From Candidatus Latescibacterota bacterium (lineage in GTDB: Bacteria > Latescibacterota > UBA2968 > UBA8231), in assembly GCA_965203355.1 (NCBI GenBank), contig OZ241889.1, positions 2,208,001 through 2,272,000 on the forward strand: 64,000 nucleotides of DNA, written 5' to 3'. Each line of letters starts with the position of its first letter. Within the stretch, counting starts at the first letter, position 1. The notes beneath the pieces are model-generated. The model searched no databases. It saw only the letters and a program-made list of their open reading frames with translations, and was not told where the DNA came from. The position numbers were made by a program, and so were the translations under genes. Shown here in pieces: positions 46,992-57,175 of the stretch.

Positions 46992-49118
46992 ATGTACCAT
47001 CTCGTCCTGCTCCTCACTTTAGTTCTCTGGGGTCGGCTCAATGCCGCCGATCATCCGGTACAGGCCAGACTTTTGGCCGATGTAGATGCCGTGGTGCCCG
47101 GCCAGTCCTTTCGGCTGGGGGTCGAGCTGAGGATGGAGGAGCAATGGCACACCTACTGGATGTTTAGCGGCGACGCTGGCTTGCCCATCGAAGTCGAGTG
47201 GCAGGTACCGGCCGGGGTCGCGACCGGGCCGTTGCAATGGCCCTTGCCCAACAAATTCGTCGAACCGGGGGAGTTGGTGGTCTATGGGTACACCGACGAA
47301 GTGCTGCTCATGGCCGAGGCTAGCGCGCCAACGGCGCTATCAGCGGGGGATACACTGCACCTGGCAGCCGAGGTTTCTTGGCTGGTGTGCCGCGAGTTGT
47401 GCATCCCCGGGGAGGCGTCATTGGCGTTGGCATTGCCGGTCGGGGCTGTCGGCAAGCCGAATGCCCAGCAGGCGCGATTTGACCGCTATGCAGCGCGGGT
47501 CCCGGGCGCGTTGGACAAGCGCGTTGCGGTAGAACTGGCCGTGCGGGGCGAGCGGGCTGTGGAGGTCGACGTGCGCCTGGCCCACGAGGATAAGGTTTTC
47601 GAGCCGGGCGAACAGGTGCCCGACTTTTATCCGCTGGCCGCCGACGATTTTGCGCTTTCCACTCGGCGGCTAGCCGCCGATCACCTCGTGCTGTCTGTCA
47701 GTCCCGAAGGCGCCGCCGCCGTTGATACGTTGCACGGCGTGCTTGTCTATGGGCTAGATGGCGCAGTGCAAGCCGGGACGCTGGCCTTGGATTTGCGCGC
47801 TGCGCCGCGCCAAGAGGCGGGCATCTTGGCGCGGGATTATCGCGCGGCCAGCGGGAAGGTCGCCCGGTCGCTGTGGGTTTATATCGCCTTTGCGGCATTG
47901 GGTGGGTTAATCCTCAACTTGATGCCCTGCGTGTTGCCGGTCATCTCGCTCAAGGTGCTCGGCTTTGTCAAGCAAGCGGGCGAGGAGACCAAGCGGGTGC
48001 GGCAGCTTGGGTGGGCGTTTTGTGCCGGGATTGTGACTACTTTTTTGCTGCTGGCACTCGCGGTGCTTTTAGTCAAAAGCAGCGGTGAGCAGATCGGCTG
48101 GGGCTTTCAGTTTCAGTACCCGGGTTTTGTGGTGGCGATGAGTGCCTTGGTTTTTGCATTGGCCTTGAGTCTGTTCGGCATCTATGAAATCCTGCTGCCG
48201 GGCACCAGTGGCTTGGGGGGGCTAGCGGGACGCGAGGGGTTGACGGGGTCTTTTCTCAACGGCGTGCTGGCGACGATTTTGGCCACGCCCTGCACGGCGC
48301 CCTTTTTGGGGACCGCGCTGGGGTTTGCCTTTGCCCAGTCGGCTGGCGTTGTCATCGCGGTCTTTTTGGCGATTGGCGCGGGTATGGCGTGTCCCTATGT
48401 GGTGCTGGTGCTCAAACCGGCGTGGATCGGGGGCTTGCCCAAGCCCGGGCCTTGGATGGTGCGTTTCAAGCAGTTAATGGGCTTTTTGCTGATGGCCACG
48501 GTGCTGTGGTTACTCTGGGTCTTAGGCAAGCAGGTCGGAGTCGAAGGTGTGGTGTGGACCGGGGCCTTTTTGCTGGGGCTGGGGCTGGCCTGTTGGGTCT
48601 GGGGTCAATGGGGTAGTTTTCTGCATCCCAACCCCGCAAAACTACGGGCCCGAGCGGCGGCACTGGGGCTGGTTGCGGGCAGCTATGCGATCTTTGTCCA
48701 TCCGCTGCTGGCCGTCGAGCAGACTCTATCCGCGCAGGCCGATGCGTCAGCCTTGGACTGGCAGCCGTTTAGCGCCGAGCGCGTCGAGGCGTTGGTCGCT
48801 GGCGGGCAGATGGTCTTTATCGACTTTACGGCTGAATGGTGCTGGACGTGCAAGGTCAACGAGCGGGTAGTGCTGTCGCAGCAAGTGGTACGCGAGCGAT
48901 TCGCCGCGCACAATGTGGCGTTAGTCAAAGCCGATTGGACCAATCGCAATCCCGAGATCACGCAGCTCTTGCGCGCCTTTGGGCGCTCAGGCGTACCCCT
49001 GTACGCGATTTTTCCCGCCGGTCTCATCGACCAGCCGCTGGTGTTGCCCGAGGTTATTACGGCAGAAATGGTCGTTGAAAAACTAGACGCGGCCGCCGCC
49101 CTTGCCAGCGGCAACTGA
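46992..49118 (+). CDS. dsbD: Protein-disulfide reductase DsbD family
   Basis: WHTYW, LVC...CIP, NLMPCVLP, TPCTAP and thioredoxin WCWTC motifs. Confidence 0.9.
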   Translation: MYHLVLLLTLVLWGRLNAADHPVQARLLADVDAVVPGQSFRLGVELRMEEQWHTYWMFSGDAGLPIEVEWQVPAGVATGPLQWPLPNKFVEPGELVVYGYTDEVLLMAEASAPTALSAGDTLHLAAEVSWLVCRELCIPGEASLALALPVGAVGKPNAQQARFDRYAARVPGALDKRVAVELAVRGERAVEVDVRLAHEDKVFEPGEQVPDFYPLAADDFALSTRRLAADHLVLSVSPEGAAAVDTLHGVLVYGLDGAVQAGTLALDLRAAPRQEAGILARDYRAASGKVARSLWVYIAFAALGGLILNLMPCVLPVISLKVLGFVKQAGEETKRVRQLGWAFCAGIVTTFLLLALAVLLVKSSGEQIGWGFQFQYPGFVVAMSALVFALALSLFGIYEILLPGTSGLGGLAGREGLTGSFLNGVLATILATPCTAPFLGTALGFAFAQSAGVVIAVFLAIGAGMACPYVVLVLKPAWIGGLPKPGPWMVRFKQLMGFLLMATVLWLLWVLGKQVGVEGVVWTGAFLLGLGLACWVWGQWGSFLHPNPAKLRARAAALGLVAGSYAIFVHPLLAVEQTLSAQADASALDWQPFSAERVEALVAGGQMVFIDFTAEWCWTCKVNERVVLSQQVVRERFAAHNVALVKADWTNRNPEITQLLRAFGRSGVPLYAIFPAGLIDQPLVLPEVITAEMVVEKLDAAAALASGN

Positions 49119-49124
49119 GGCGCG

Positions 49125-49946
49125 GTGTTCTCAGTCGTCATTCCCGTGTACAATCGCCGCGCGTTAGTCGGCCGGGCGATCCGTTCGGTACTGGCGCAGC
49201 GGGGAGCGAACTTCGAGGTGATCGTGGTGGACGACGCCTCCGACGACGGCACACCCGAGCAGGTGCGCGAGGAATTTGGCGACGCCGTCAAAATAGTGAG
49301 TATGGCAACAAACAGCGGGGTTTCCGCCGCGCGCAATCGCGGGATCGCGGTGGCCGCCGGTGAATGGATTGCCTTGCTCGACTCGGACGACGAGTGGTTG
49401 CCCAACAAACTCGCACGCCAAGCAGCGGCCCTGCGCGAAAGCGGATTGTCGATCTGCCACACCGACGAGATCTGGATCCGCCATGGCGTGCGAGTCAATC
49501 CCCACAAACACCACCAGAAATGCGGCGGCGACATTTTTTTTCGGGCGTTACCCTTGTGTGTTATGTCGCCTTCGTCGATTGCAATTCACCGCGAGGTCTT
49601 TGCGGACGTTGGTTTGTTTGACGAATGCCTGCCGGCCTGCGAAGACTACGAACTTTGGTTGCGGATTACTTGTCGCTATGAGGTAGTATATTTGGCGGAA
49701 AAACTCATCCGCAAATACGGTGGCCACGCCGATCAGCTATCGCAGGCGCACTACGCGATGGATCGCTTCCGCGTGTACGCGCTCGACAAGCTGCTGGGTG
49801 CGGAGCCGCAACTCGCCGCCGATCGCGCGGCCGCCGCCCGCGCCATGCTGTTGCGCAAGGCGCGGATTGTCGAGCGCGGAGCCGCGAAACGCGACAATGC
49901 GGAATTGCAGCAACAGATGGGCGACTACATAGCGCGTTGGCAGTGA
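49125..49946 (+). CDS. Glycosyltransferase family 2
   Basis: SVVIP.YNR, VDDAS.D, ARN.G, LDSDD and EDYELW motifs. Confidence 0.92.
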   Translation: MFSVVIPVYNRRALVGRAIRSVLAQRGANFEVIVVDDASDDGTPEQVREEFGDAVKIVSMATNSGVSAARNRGIAVAAGEWIALLDSDDEWLPNKLARQAAALRESGLSICHTDEIWIRHGVRVNPHKHHQKCGGDIFFRALPLCVMSPSSIAIHREVFADVGLFDECLPACEDYELWLRITCRYEVVYLAEKLIRKYGGHADQLSQAHYAMDRFRVYALDKLLGAEPQLAADRAAAARAMLLRKARIVERGAAKRDNAELQQQMGDYIARWQ

Positions 49947-49958
49947 TAGGTCGCAACA

Positions 49959-49996
49959 AAAAGCCCCTAGTCCAAGTGGACGGACTAGGGGCTTTT
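49959..49996. terminator. Bidirectional intrinsic terminator
   Basis: AAAAGCCCCTAGTCC-loop-GGACTAGGGGCTTTT between convergent genes. Confidence 0.88.
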
Positions 49997-50015
49997 GTAG
50001 ATCGTGTGAAGCCTG

Positions 50016-50501
50016 TTATTCGCCGAGTTGTTTCTTGAGTTCCTTTAGGCTTATGGAACGGAGTTGTGCAAGGCCCGGCAGGTGCTTGCCACGCGGTTTG
50101 GATTTGCCCGCTTCCCAGCGCAGGACGGTGTTGGTGCTAACATTGAGAAACTTGCCGAGATCGGCTTGGGAGAGCTTGAGGCGCTTGCGATGCTTCTTGA
50201 TAGTGGTCGGCGAGATGCGGCTCTGTTTTCTCTTGTCGACTGTGGATGCTTTGCTGGTTTTGGCGGCTGGTTTGGCGGCTGGTTTGGCAGCTAATTTCGC
50301 CGATTTAGCGGCTGGTTTGGCGGCTGGCTTAGCCGGTTTGGCCGCGGCGGTTGCCTTTGCTGAGCCGAGTTGCTTTTCTAAGCGGGCGAGTGCATTGCGC
50401 TGGGCGCGCACTGTTTTGTTGAGATCGCGCATTTGATCTTGCACTTCTTTGCGGACGATTTTGCCGATCTCTTCTTTCAAAAGGGCTGCGAGGGTAGGCA
50501 T
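50016..50501 (-). CDS. XRE-type HTH protein with N-terminal coiled coil and histone-H1-like AKPA linker
   Basis: RKRLKLSQADLGKFLNVS..TV.RWE.G...P; AAKP repeats; start MPTL at 50501. Confidence 0.85.
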   Translation of the reverse strand: MPTLAALLKEEIGKIVRKEVQDQMRDLNKTVRAQRNALARLEKQLGSAKATAAAKPAKPAAKPAAKSAKLAAKPAAKPAAKTSKASTVDKRKQSRISPTTIKKHRKRLKLSQADLGKFLNVSTNTVLRWEAGKSKPRGKHLPGLAQLRSISLKELKKQLGE

Positions 50502-50537
50502 GAAAAATCCTTTCATCTTTAAGTAAGTGTATGTATA

Positions 50538-50585
50538 ACATTTCCAAATGTAAAACAATTATAGTATTTAGCAAGTGTGTTGCAA
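50538..50585 (-). promoter_or_regulatory. Sigma70 promoter with adjacent palindromic site
   Basis: TTGCAA (50585-50580), 16-nt spacer, TATAAT (50563-50558); ACATTT-cc-AAATGT at 50538-50551. Confidence 0.55.
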
Positions 50586-50885
50586 AACGCATGGTGCGGC
50601 TAGCAGACAGAAAGTTGAATGGACGATAGTATCGCCGCAAAAAAGTTTGTGAGACAACGCACAACACCGCGACGACATGGGTGCTGACGCGCTCAGAAAA
50701 ATCTTGCGAAATAGCACCTTGTGTAGCATGTCGTATAGCGCAAAACTCACCAAGGAAAAGGAGTGTAGTGCGGCGAGAATAGACCCTTTCTCGCCGCTGT
50801 TTTTTTGTGCGTCTGCGGGGCTGAGAAGAAAAAGACGCCTATTACATGCGACACATTGCGCGGGCACCCGATGGTTTTTTGCGGA

Positions 50886-52340
50886 CTAGACGTTGTAAGC
50901 CGTTGATGCTGTCGCGCCCCCGCGCCCGGTCCAGTTGGTGTGAAAGAACATGCCGCGCGGCTTGTCGGTGCGCTCATAGGTGTGGGCACCGAAGTAGTCG
51001 CGCTGGGCTTGGAGCAGGTTGGCGGGCAGGCAGGCCGAGCGGTAGCCGTCGTAGTACGCGAGGGCGCTGGCAAAGGTCGGAACCGGGATGCCGAGGATCG
51101 CCGCCGTGGCCACGACTCGGCGCCAAGACGCTTGGGTTTGCGCGAGTGCTGCGCTGAAGTACGGCGCGAGCAGCAGATTGGCCAGCGTTGGATCCGCGTC
51201 AAAGGCTTCCTTGATGCGGCCCAAAAACTGAGCGCGAATAATGCAGCCGCCGCGCCAGAGCAGGGCGATGCCACCGTAGTTGAGGTCCCAGCCATACTCG
51301 CGGGCGGCGAGGGCGAGCAACTGATAGCCTTGGGCGTAGGAACAAATTTTGGCCGCGTACAGGGCTTGGCGGATGTCGGCGACAAAAGCGTCTTTGTCGC
51401 CATTAAACGAAGCGTCTGGGCCTTGGAGAATGCTGGCGGCCGCGACGCGCTCGTCTTTGAGGAAAGAGAGGGCGCGGCTGAAAACAGCCTCGGTAATGGC
51501 GGTTACTGGAGCGCCGAGCTGCAAGGCGTCAATGCCGGTCCATTTGCCGGTGCCCTTTTGGCCCGCTGCGTCGAGGATGACATCGACCATCGGCTGGCCA
51601 GTTTCGTCGTCGATCTTGGCGAGAATATCGCCGGTGATTTCGATGAGATAGCTGTCGAGTTCGCCCGCATTCCACTGCTTGAAAATTTCGCTCTGTGCCT
51701 GCGGCTCAATGCCGAGCCCCTCGCGCATCAGGGCGTAGGCCTCGGCAATCATCTGCATGTCGCCGTACTCAATGCCGTTGTGGACCATTTTGACGTAATG
51801 GCCTGCGCCGTCGCGTCCCACCCAATCGCAGCACGGGCTGCCGTCGGCGACTTTGGCGGCAATGGCTTGGAAGAGGTCCTTGATGTGGGGCCAAGCGGCT
51901 GGGTTGCCCCCGGGCATGATGCTCGGGCCTTTGAGCGCGCCCTCCTCGCCACCGGAGACGCCCGTGCCCACGTAGAGTAAGCCTTTGGCCGCTAACGCTT
52001 GGGTGCGGCGAGTCGTGTCTTGGTAGTTGGAGTTGCCGCCGTCAATGAGGATGTCGCCGCGGTCTAGCAAGGGCACGAGTTCGGCTATGACGCGGTCCAC
52101 AGCTTGGCCGGCTTGCACCATTAGCATCACGCGGCGCGGCTTTTTAAGCTGGGCGAGCAGTTCGGCTGGCGAGTGCGTACCGATGATGGCTTGGCCGCGG
52201 GCGCGACCGGCCATAAAGGCCTTGACTTTGGTGGTTGTGCGGTTGTAAACGGCCACGGTAAAACCGCGGCTAGCCATGTTGAGGACGAGGTTTTCGCCCA
52301 TTACGGCTAGGCCGATTAGGCCGATGTCTGCTCGGCTCAT
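50886..52340 (-). CDS. gnd: 6-phosphogluconate dehydrogenase, NADP-dependent, decarboxylating
   Basis: GLAVMG, GVSGGEEGA, VKMVHNGIEY, QKGTG and QAQRDYFGAH motifs. Confidence 0.97.
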   Translation of the reverse strand: MSRADIGLIGLAVMGENLVLNMASRGFTVAVYNRTTTKVKAFMAGRARGQAIIGTHSPAELLAQLKKPRRVMLMVQAGQAVDRVIAELVPLLDRGDILIDGGNSNYQDTTRRTQALAAKGLLYVGTGVSGGEEGALKGPSIMPGGNPAAWPHIKDLFQAIAAKVADGSPCCDWVGRDGAGHYVKMVHNGIEYGDMQMIAEAYALMREGLGIEPQAQSEIFKQWNAGELDSYLIEITGDILAKIDDETGQPMVDVILDAAGQKGTGKWTGIDALQLGAPVTAITEAVFSRALSFLKDERVAAASILQGPDASFNGDKDAFVADIRQALYAAKICSYAQGYQLLALAAREYGWDLNYGGIALLWRGGCIIRAQFLGRIKEAFDADPTLANLLLAPYFSAALAQTQASWRRVVATAAILGIPVPTFASALAYYDGYRSACLPANLLQAQRDYFGAHTYERTDKPRGMFFHTNWTGRGGATASTAYNV

Positions 52341-54031
52341 TGGACTCCTCCTGTGGGGTTGTTGTTCGGGTCTAGCGCGCGGCGCAACAGGGCAAGGCCC
52401 GCGGCGATGTCCGCGCCTAAATGGATGCGGAGCACGGCCCGCCCTCGATCGATGAGAGCTTGGCGGTCGCCGAGGGCTTGGGCCTGGGCGAGGACGCCGA
52501 AGGTGATGCTAGAATCCGCCGCCCCAGCTTGGTCGGGGATCGGCGCGTCTGCGGCTGGATCGGCTGTTAGCTGAATGAAAAGTCCGCGTCCGGCGTCGCC
52601 CTTGTGGAGTTGGCCGGTCGAGTGCAGGAAGCGCGGGCCAAAGCCAAGAGTCGTGGCTAAGCCGGTGTGCGCTAGTAGCTGGCCGCGCAGGTCTTGCAGG
52701 GCTGCACAGGTCGCCGGGGTGGGTGGGAGGTGCGCTTGCAAGGCCAGGTACGCGCGGCCCGGCGTGCCGCTTGCTAGAAAGTACGCTAGGGCTTGTGGCA
52801 GGGTGTTGCCTTGCACGGGGCCGTATAGCGCGAGGCCATCGACGAGGTCCGGGGCCGGGGCGGGCAGGGCGCCGCGTTGCCGATAGGTTACCACCATCTG
52901 GCGGGCCAGTTCCTTGGCCGCCTCGACATCGGGCTGGTCGAAGGGATGGATGCCGAGGAAGAATCCGGCGATGGCTGTGGCCATTTCCCAGTGGAAGAAG
53001 GCCGCGCCGAGATCATAGGCGTCCGCTAGCTGAAGGCACAAGACCGGATGCCCGGCCGCCGCAAGAGCTTGGACGCGGGCATCGGCGGCATCGTCCAAAC
53101 GAAGATGGACGAAGATCCGGTCGGGTCCGTACGCGTGGGCGGCGCATTCAGGCTCTAAATCAACCGGCAACAGCCCCTTGCCGTCTTTGCCGGTGCTCTC
53201 GGCGATGAGTTGTTCGACCCAAGCCCCCATTGCGCGGATAGCTGGCCCAGCGATGAGGGTCATTTTGTCGCGGCCAGCGCGGGCACCTGCGCCGAGAAAG
53301 GCCCCGAGTTGGATGCCCGGTTGCGGGTCGGCGAGGGCTTGCTCGGCCCGGTTGAGGAGGTGGCCCAGATCCACGCCGATGGCACCGGCCGCAACCAAGC
53401 CATAGTACGACAGGGCCGAGTAGCGCCCGCCGATGTTGGGGTCGTTGCGGAAGATGTGGCGAAAGCCGAGGCGTTGCCCCAGGGCTTCGAGGCCGCTGCC
53501 CGGATCGGTGATGGCGGCAAAATGCCGTCCGGCTTCGGCTGGCCCGAGCGCGTCTGCGGTGCGGTTGTAGAAATACTTGAGCAAGGACAGCGTCTCTACG
53601 GTGCCGCCGGACTTGGTGGCCGGGAGCAATAGGGTGCGGGCTGGGTCGAGGGTGCGCGCCTTGGCCAAAACCGCGTCGGGCTGGGTGCTGTCGAGCACCG
53701 AGAGGTCGAGAAACCCAGCGGCCACGCCAAAAACCGCGCGAAATACTTCGGGCGCGAGGCTAGATCCGCCCATGCCCAGCAGCAGGGCGTGCGTGTAGCC
53801 ATCGGCGCGGACCGCGTCGATACATTGGCGGATGGGGCCGATGGCGTCCCGCATGACGTGCGGGCTGTCGAGCCAGCCGAGCCGATTGGCAATTTCGGTT
53901 GGGGCGGGTCGCCAGACCGTGTGATCGCGCGCGAGAATGCGGGCATAGACGCGCTCGGCCGCTAGGTGGTCGGCGGCCTGTTGCACTTGGGCGCCGAAAT
54001 CGGCCGAGGCTCGAAGGGCGGAAATCTGCAT
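52337..54031 (-). CDS. pgi: Glucose-6-phosphate isomerase (type seen in Tal/Pgi fusions)
   Basis: GMGGSSL, KSGGT.E, GGRYSALS, QLIAESTGK and PFDQP.VE..K motifs. Confidence 0.88.
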   Translation of the reverse strand: MQISALRASADFGAQVQQAADHLAAERVYARILARDHTVWRPAPTEIANRLGWLDSPHVMRDAIGPIRQCIDAVRADGYTHALLLGMGGSSLAPEVFRAVFGVAAGFLDLSVLDSTQPDAVLAKARTLDPARTLLLPATKSGGTVETLSLLKYFYNRTADALGPAEAGRHFAAITDPGSGLEALGQRLGFRHIFRNDPNIGGRYSALSYYGLVAAGAIGVDLGHLLNRAEQALADPQPGIQLGAFLGAGARAGRDKMTLIAGPAIRAMGAWVEQLIAESTGKDGKGLLPVDLEPECAAHAYGPDRIFVHLRLDDAADARVQALAAAGHPVLCLQLADAYDLGAAFFHWEMATAIAGFFLGIHPFDQPDVEAAKELARQMVVTYRQRGALPAPAPDLVDGLALYGPVQGNTLPQALAYFLASGTPGRAYLALQAHLPPTPATCAALQDLRGQLLAHTGLATTLGFGPRFLHSTGQLHKGDAGRGLFIQLTADPAADAPIPDQAGAADSSITFGVLAQAQALGDRQALIDRGRAVLRIHLGADIAAGLALLRRALDPNNNPTGGVQ

Positions 54032-54394
54032 TACATGTCCTAGTGATTTGTCGGCTGCGTTGGGAGTGATTGTGCTAGTAAATCGACCGTGGTCTGGGTA
54101 GTTGTACCACTCTTTGCGGCGCAGAATCGCCTCGACTCACGTGCGAATTTACAATAGCCCTGTTCTATCGAATCGACAATCCTACCAGATTATTTCGACA
54201 TAATCCACGAAATTAAGGTTGACCTTCAGCTATACCTATACTATATGCTATACTAAAATATAGTCCTACTTTACCAACACTGAAAACCTCGTAGAATCAT
54301 CTAATTTTCCCGATTGTTCGCGTGCGTTTAACCCGGCAGCTTTTAGTCAGCAATGTGGACTAAAAAGTATTCTTAAACTCGCGTTGGGTGTTAG

Positions 54395-54454
54395 ATAGCG
54401 GTGGTCAGTGGTCAGTGGTTAGTGTCTACGGGCCACAGGCCACAGGCCACTATC
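54395..54454. repeat. Heptamer-repeat hairpin (GTGGTCA)3...(GGCCACA)3
   Basis: Two short tandem arrays that are imperfect reverse complements of each other. Confidence 0.75.
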
Positions 54455-54552
54455 AGGGCCGGGGGATGTATCGCGAACCACGAAGCTAGCACCGGAACTT
54501 TGAGAATGCTGCTAAGGCTGCCCCACGCACCCAAGAATGGAAAGAATTAACC

Positions 54553-55433
54553 ATGCGCTCCCTGTGTTTCGCTTTGAGCGTCGCTTGCTTCGCCATCTCC
54601 AGCGTAGCCGCGGCCCAGTACGGCGATTTTTCGCCCGATGCGGCCGGCCGGCAAGCCTATCGCGACTATCTCCACGGTTTGGCGATGATCAAGGTTGAGG
54701 CGGGTCCGAGTTGCAGCAAGCCGTTGAGGCCATCCCCGTCGAGTCAAGTGTGCCCATCCCGGTCGAACAAGAAGCCGATTTGCGCGACTGGCTATACGAC
54801 TTCTTAGTCGCTTTTTCCGTCTCTGGCAGCGATAGCCTCGCCGCTGAATTTTATCTACGCGAAGGCGTCAGTTCGCCTGAAGCGATACAGCGAATGAAAA
54901 AGGATTTGGAAAAGGGGCCTAGCTTCAAAGATAAAGTCATGCTAAAAGCACTAAAGGCGACAGGGGTAAGTATCCCCTCCATCCCTAAGCCGGTCCCGGA
55001 CGCGGGTGATACGCCCTTGGCGATCTTACAAACCCAGCACCGGCAAAACCTCGATATAAAAGGGTGCGATTATTTTTTTAGCAACCTCTCCTTTTTCGAC
55101 AGTTCGTTTAGTGTGTTCCAACTACAAGATGAGTATGAGAGCTATGCGGCCTATGTCGAAACCCGCGGTTTGCTTCCCACAGGCTTTGTGGATTGGTCTC
55201 CTAAGTTAAAAAAAGAGATAAAGCAAAAACTAAAGGCGGGCGGGCAGGGTGTTTTCGCCCAGTTCCTATTCATCGTCGCAGAGCCTGAAGAGTCCGCCGA
55301 CTTTGAAAAAGGGGCGATACGCTACCCATTTTTCGTGCGACTCGCGTGGAGCTCCGAGCAGAATATGTGGCGGCTCGTAGAAATTTTTTCAGCTAATGAC
55401 GCGCCAGTTATATTTGTGTTCGCGGGCTTGTAA
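54553..55433 (+). pseudogene. Secreted hypothetical protein, frameshifted near 54707
   Basis: Signal peptide MRSLCFALSVACFAISSVAAAQ in one frame; a 240-aa body continues in another frame after GGTCCGAG. Confidence 0.65.
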
Positions 55434-55582
55434 TCCAGCCTCATAGCCAATGTGCGTTCTCTTGGCGATCTTCCGAAGAGAATGTAACTTACCTAAAAAG
55501 ACGTACCCTCAAAATGAAGAAATCGCCTCGTCAATATTCATGCCGCAAAGCCGTTAGGTAACGTAAGATCGGGAGTCTGGCG

Positions 55583-57154
55583 ATGCTAGGCATTGTGTTC
55601 AAAAAAGAAATGCTCAGCCACCTGATGAGTCAGCGCTTCGCCGCTTGCACCGTGCTCGCTGTCGTGCTGATCATCGCCAACGGCGTACTCGCGATCCAGA
55701 CCTATGTCCACAAAAAGGCCAGCTATCTCACTCAGCGGACCATGGAGGAGACCAAACTACGCGAAATCCCCTATTACTCCGCTCTCGGGTGGGACACGTT
55801 GGTGTCGCCTAGCGGTTCCAAGCCCAAGGCGGCTCCTCGCGCATTGCGCGCGCCGCGTCCTTTAGCGGTGTTCGCCCAAGGCTCCGAACGCCAGTTGGGA
55901 CAGGCCGTCAAAGTCCTGCTCTTTGAAGTGCCCTACCAAGCCGAGGAAGTCTCCCCGTTCCAAGCCAGCAATCCCTATCTGGCTATCTTTGCCTTCTTCG
56001 ACATAGTGTACATCTTCCAACTCGTACTCGGCCTGCTGGCCATCCTCATCGCTAGTGAAACCATTTCCGGCGAGAAAGAAGCGGGGACGCTGCGGCTGAT
56101 GCTGACGACCCATGTCAGCCGTGCCCAAGTCTTGGTTGGCAAAGTGCTCGCGGGCCTGACCACGCTGGCCATTCCAACGGCTTTGGGCTTTATCTTGCTG
56201 CTGATCTTACTGTTGGGCACCGAGCACATTGAAGTTGGAGTCGGTGAGTGGGTGCGCGTGGGGCTGCTTTGCGCGTTGTCGCTGCTGTATTTGCTCGTGT
56301 TCTACCTGCTTGGGTTGGCGATATCGTGCGCGACTCATCGCTCGGCGACCAGCTTGATCTACGCGCTGTTTACGTGGGCGTTGCTGGCGATTATGCTGCC
56401 CAACGGCATCGCAGCCTTGCTCAACGAACAGGCCAACATGGGCGCAAAGCACAACCAAGCCCATCATCGGGCGGTACAAGTGTGGCAGGAGTTCGATCGC
56501 GAGGTCTCCGATCTTGCGCGGGCGTCCGGCCAGACCATGTACTTTCCCGCAGATATGCTCGAGCGGCTCCCGCCGACAGGGGAACGCGGGACTGTAACCT
56601 ACAATAGTGGAACTGGATCCTATTCTCTAAGAGACGGACAGACGCCCAAACTCTATCTATCTAATGTCGCCGCTTCACCGCCGCTTGCGAAATTCCAAGA
56701 CATTGTCCGCACCGGCGAGCGGCTGCGGCTGAAATACGCCCAGCGCGCCTAGAACGAAAAGGCACCTCTACTCGAAGACTTCCCCCGCCGCATCCGACGA
56801 ATCAACGACCAACTCCAACGCCTCCTGCCCGCCGGCGCATACACCCAAGCCGCCAGTATGCTCGCTGGCACCAGCCGCCGCGAATACTACGATTTTATCG
56901 GCCAAGTGCGGGCCTATCGCGGGCAGATCGTCGCCTTCCTTGAAGAGCGCGATGCGTTTGGCGCCCGCGAGTGGTTCAACGACGACGAGGGCTGGCGTGC
57001 CGACCTGCGCGACCTGCCGCGTTTTCACGAGCGCGGCTGGACCGTCGCGGAAAGCTTGCGCCACGCTTTGCCGGCTCTAACGGCCCTGTTGGTCTATGCG
57101 GCTGTGCTCTTTGGCCTCGCCAACCGGCTCTTCGCCCGCTACGATGTTGTCTGA
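55583..57154 (+). pseudogene. ABC-2 type permease with in-frame TAG at 56750-56752
   Basis: ISGEKEAGTLRL and GK motifs; the frame stays open after TAG into ORF 56858-57154, ending F.RYDV. Confidence 0.8.
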
Positions 57155-57175
57155 GCTAAAAAAGGAGCTTTTCTC

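Noticed and set aside
50940-51980. Long antisense ORFs (346 aa opposite gnd; likewise 4353-5297, 20757-21455, 59325-60236 and many others)
   Set aside because: Shadow ORFs of GC-rich coding strands; no motifs or RBS, and they overlap well-supported genes.
56750-56752. Pyrrolysine or amber read-through (tempting given the corrinoid methyltransferases)
   Set aside because: TAG is a common true stop here, no pyl genes are in the window, the host gene is a permease, and neighbouring genes also carry lesions.
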